Part shown: piece after piece, positions 61,988 to 64,000 of the stretch
Position numbering within the stretch: the first letter of the stretch is position 1
Layout of the letters: each line of letters begins with the position of its first letter
Source of the DNA: Octopus bimaculoides
Lineage: Eukaryota
NCBI RefSeq assembly: GCF_001194135.2
Contig: NC_068986.1
Coordinates: forward strand, 68,480,343-68,544,342
Direction: 5' to 3'
Length of the DNA: 64,000 bases
Notes under the pieces: model-generated
What the model was told of the DNA's origin: nothing
The model's database searches: none
Seen by the model: the letters and a program-made list of their open reading frames with translations, nothing else
Position numbers and translations under genes: made by a program

Positions 61988-62759
61988 AGCTTCCAGAATG
62001 TCGCTAATGTATCACTAGGTGTTAATCTTAACACCTGAGGGCACAAAAACGAGAGGAGACTCTCCAGTGGCTGACACAGCTGCCCAAACCATAACTGACT
62101 GTATTTTGACGTCAATTCACGAGTCTACCCTCAGCCAGAAACACTCTAAAGTCGGTCATTCTGGTGGTTTACTGTCTGTTCAAGTTTCTTTTTATCAGTG
62201 ATCACCAGGTTGGGCAGCATACCTTCAGCAATCTGACGCAGTATAAGACTACTCCTCTCCAGTCTCATGGCCTTATAAACTTGCATGAGCTCATGACAGT
62301 GGATCCTAAGATCCTCTTTCAGCACTCGATACATCAATGTTCAGCTTATTTTTGCTGTGGCAGCTAGTTTTCTGACAGAACAATGAGGATTTTACCATAT
62401 CTTTTCTTTGGTGCTTTTGAAAAGCTGAGGGGTCAGCACATTTCTTTTTCAGCCATGTCTAGGTCGATCAGCAGTGGAACCAGTCTCTTGAAACTTTTTG
62501 ACAGTTTTCCAGACTATTGTTCAGTTAATTTTAAGCTTTTTTTGCTATAACTGTATTACTTTTGCCTCCTGTATGGAGGGTTATGATTGTATTTCGGTCT
62601 ATAGCCATTATGTAATTTATAAATCTGAATTTGTTTAGTCTGAAACAAAAAGAAGACACACTTAGCTATTATAATGATGTATAATTTTCATATCTTATCA
62701 CATTTATTGATAGTTATTAAAGCCCAAAACTTTGGTTGCCTTAATTTTGAGACACCCTG
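61984..62759 (-). mobile_element. maT/DD37D-like mariner remnant, 3'-truncated, one TIR
   Basis: TA|CAGGGTGTCTCAAAA terminus at 62759; KTVKKFQETGSTADRPRHG, LPNLVITDKKK.EQTVNHQNDR, SVMVWAAVSATGESPLVFVPSGVKIN. Confidence 0.85.
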
Positions 62760-64000
62760 TATATAAATATGTATGTATGTATCCTTATCTTGGCAACATA
62801 ATTGTTAATAAGCATCATTATCACGCAAGTAATGTTGTTCATTTCTATGAAAAAAATTTCTGGCTATGGGGATATATTGCCTTACTTGGAAATGGCTGGA
62901 TGTTATCAACAGGAAGGTTAACTTTTTAGCACTCAGATTACTCTGTCAAATGTAATTTTTGTTTATTTACATTGATATAAATTAATCATGCATTACTTTG
63001 TAGCTTTGAGATTTCAGTGATGTGATTGTTTATTTTTAGAATAGGAAGCCACATCTGGCCAGTTTAAAGATAAAACAGATAGATTATTTTGATCAGATAT
63101 GGCCAGTTTAAACACTAAAGGATTAAGAGAGAAAGTAAGACTTTATATGTGACAGATGCTCAGAAACAATAAACACTAAGAACATGAGATGGAAGTGACT
63201 TTTTTTTTCTCTAAGTATTTTGGTGTGCCACAAGGAAAAACATTAATTTTTTATTGTCAACAGAACAATTTAGAAACATTCTATATTATATACGAGGGGG
63301 TGCTGAAAAGTTCCTGGTTTTGGGTAAAAGAAAATAGGCGTAGGAGTGGCTGTGTGGTAAGTAGCTTACTTACCAACCACATGGTTCTGGGTTCAGTCCC
63401 ATTGCGTGGCACCTTGGTCAAGTGTCTTCTACTATAGCTTCGGGCTGATCAAAGCCTTGTGAGTGGATTTGGTAGACAGAAACTGAAAGAAGCCTGTCGT
63501 ATATATGTGTATATATATATACATATATATATATAACAGTATAAGGATGCTTTTATGAAAGCCAATCCAGATTATAAGTGGCACAGTTATGAGAAATCAA
63601 ATTTACTGCTGAATACAAGTTGTGTTCCTACCTTCAGACATGACCAACCACTTCCTGCATCAAAACCAAATATCTCTTCAGATATCACCAATAAAGCCAA
63701 TAAAGACTTCAATAAAGGTAAGCTGAAGTGCATTTTAGAAAACTTTAACCCATTCAAGACCCTATAGTAGTTGTTGCTTTATTACCCATTAGTAAACACT
63801 GATCCAACTCAACTATATAATCAAAGGTGTTCCAGATGTAACCAACCTGTCTCTTTTTTTCAGACATAGCCTATCTAAAACTACATAAGACAGTAGGATG
63901 TTGGAGGAGATTTGATTGCTATTTCAGGTAGGTCCAACAAGCCATGTAGCAGTTCATAGTTACAGAAGTAGTTTTATGTGGTTTGTGACCATGTCCCCTC

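Overview
AT-rich, repeat-dense, gapped animal genomic DNA. The SINE, RTE-tail and MITE repertoire looks cephalopod, probably Octopus (inferred from repeat recognition, not from a search). The main gene is a complete plus-strand NCAPH2 (condensin II kleisin, CAP-H2). I traced 18 GT-AG coding exons by hand from ATG 26393 to TAG 60126, giving 1812 nt and 603 aa with continuous phase, plus a probable non-coding first exon ending at 21543. A small CpG-rich promoter near 21.2-21.55 kb has two CCAAT boxes, a CRE and a CDE/CHR-like pair. It appears bidirectional: three phase-compatible short exons on the minus strand (21245-21291, 10474-10511, 10165-10197) suggest an unidentified divergent gene. The rest is introns filled with tRNA-SINEs, RTE and CR1/L2 LINE remnants, Tc1/mariner/maT fossils, a Penelope GIY-YIG fragment, MITEs, foldback elements, microsatellites and seven N gaps. 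The most notable oddities are a diverged duplicate of NCAPH2 exon 7 that keeps its acceptor and would act as a poison exon, a long hairpin just upstream of exon 7, and several long inverted repeats in introns. I found no evidence of a wholly new multi-gene system. Repeat boundaries are read by eye and approximate unless TSDs or TIRs are quoted.
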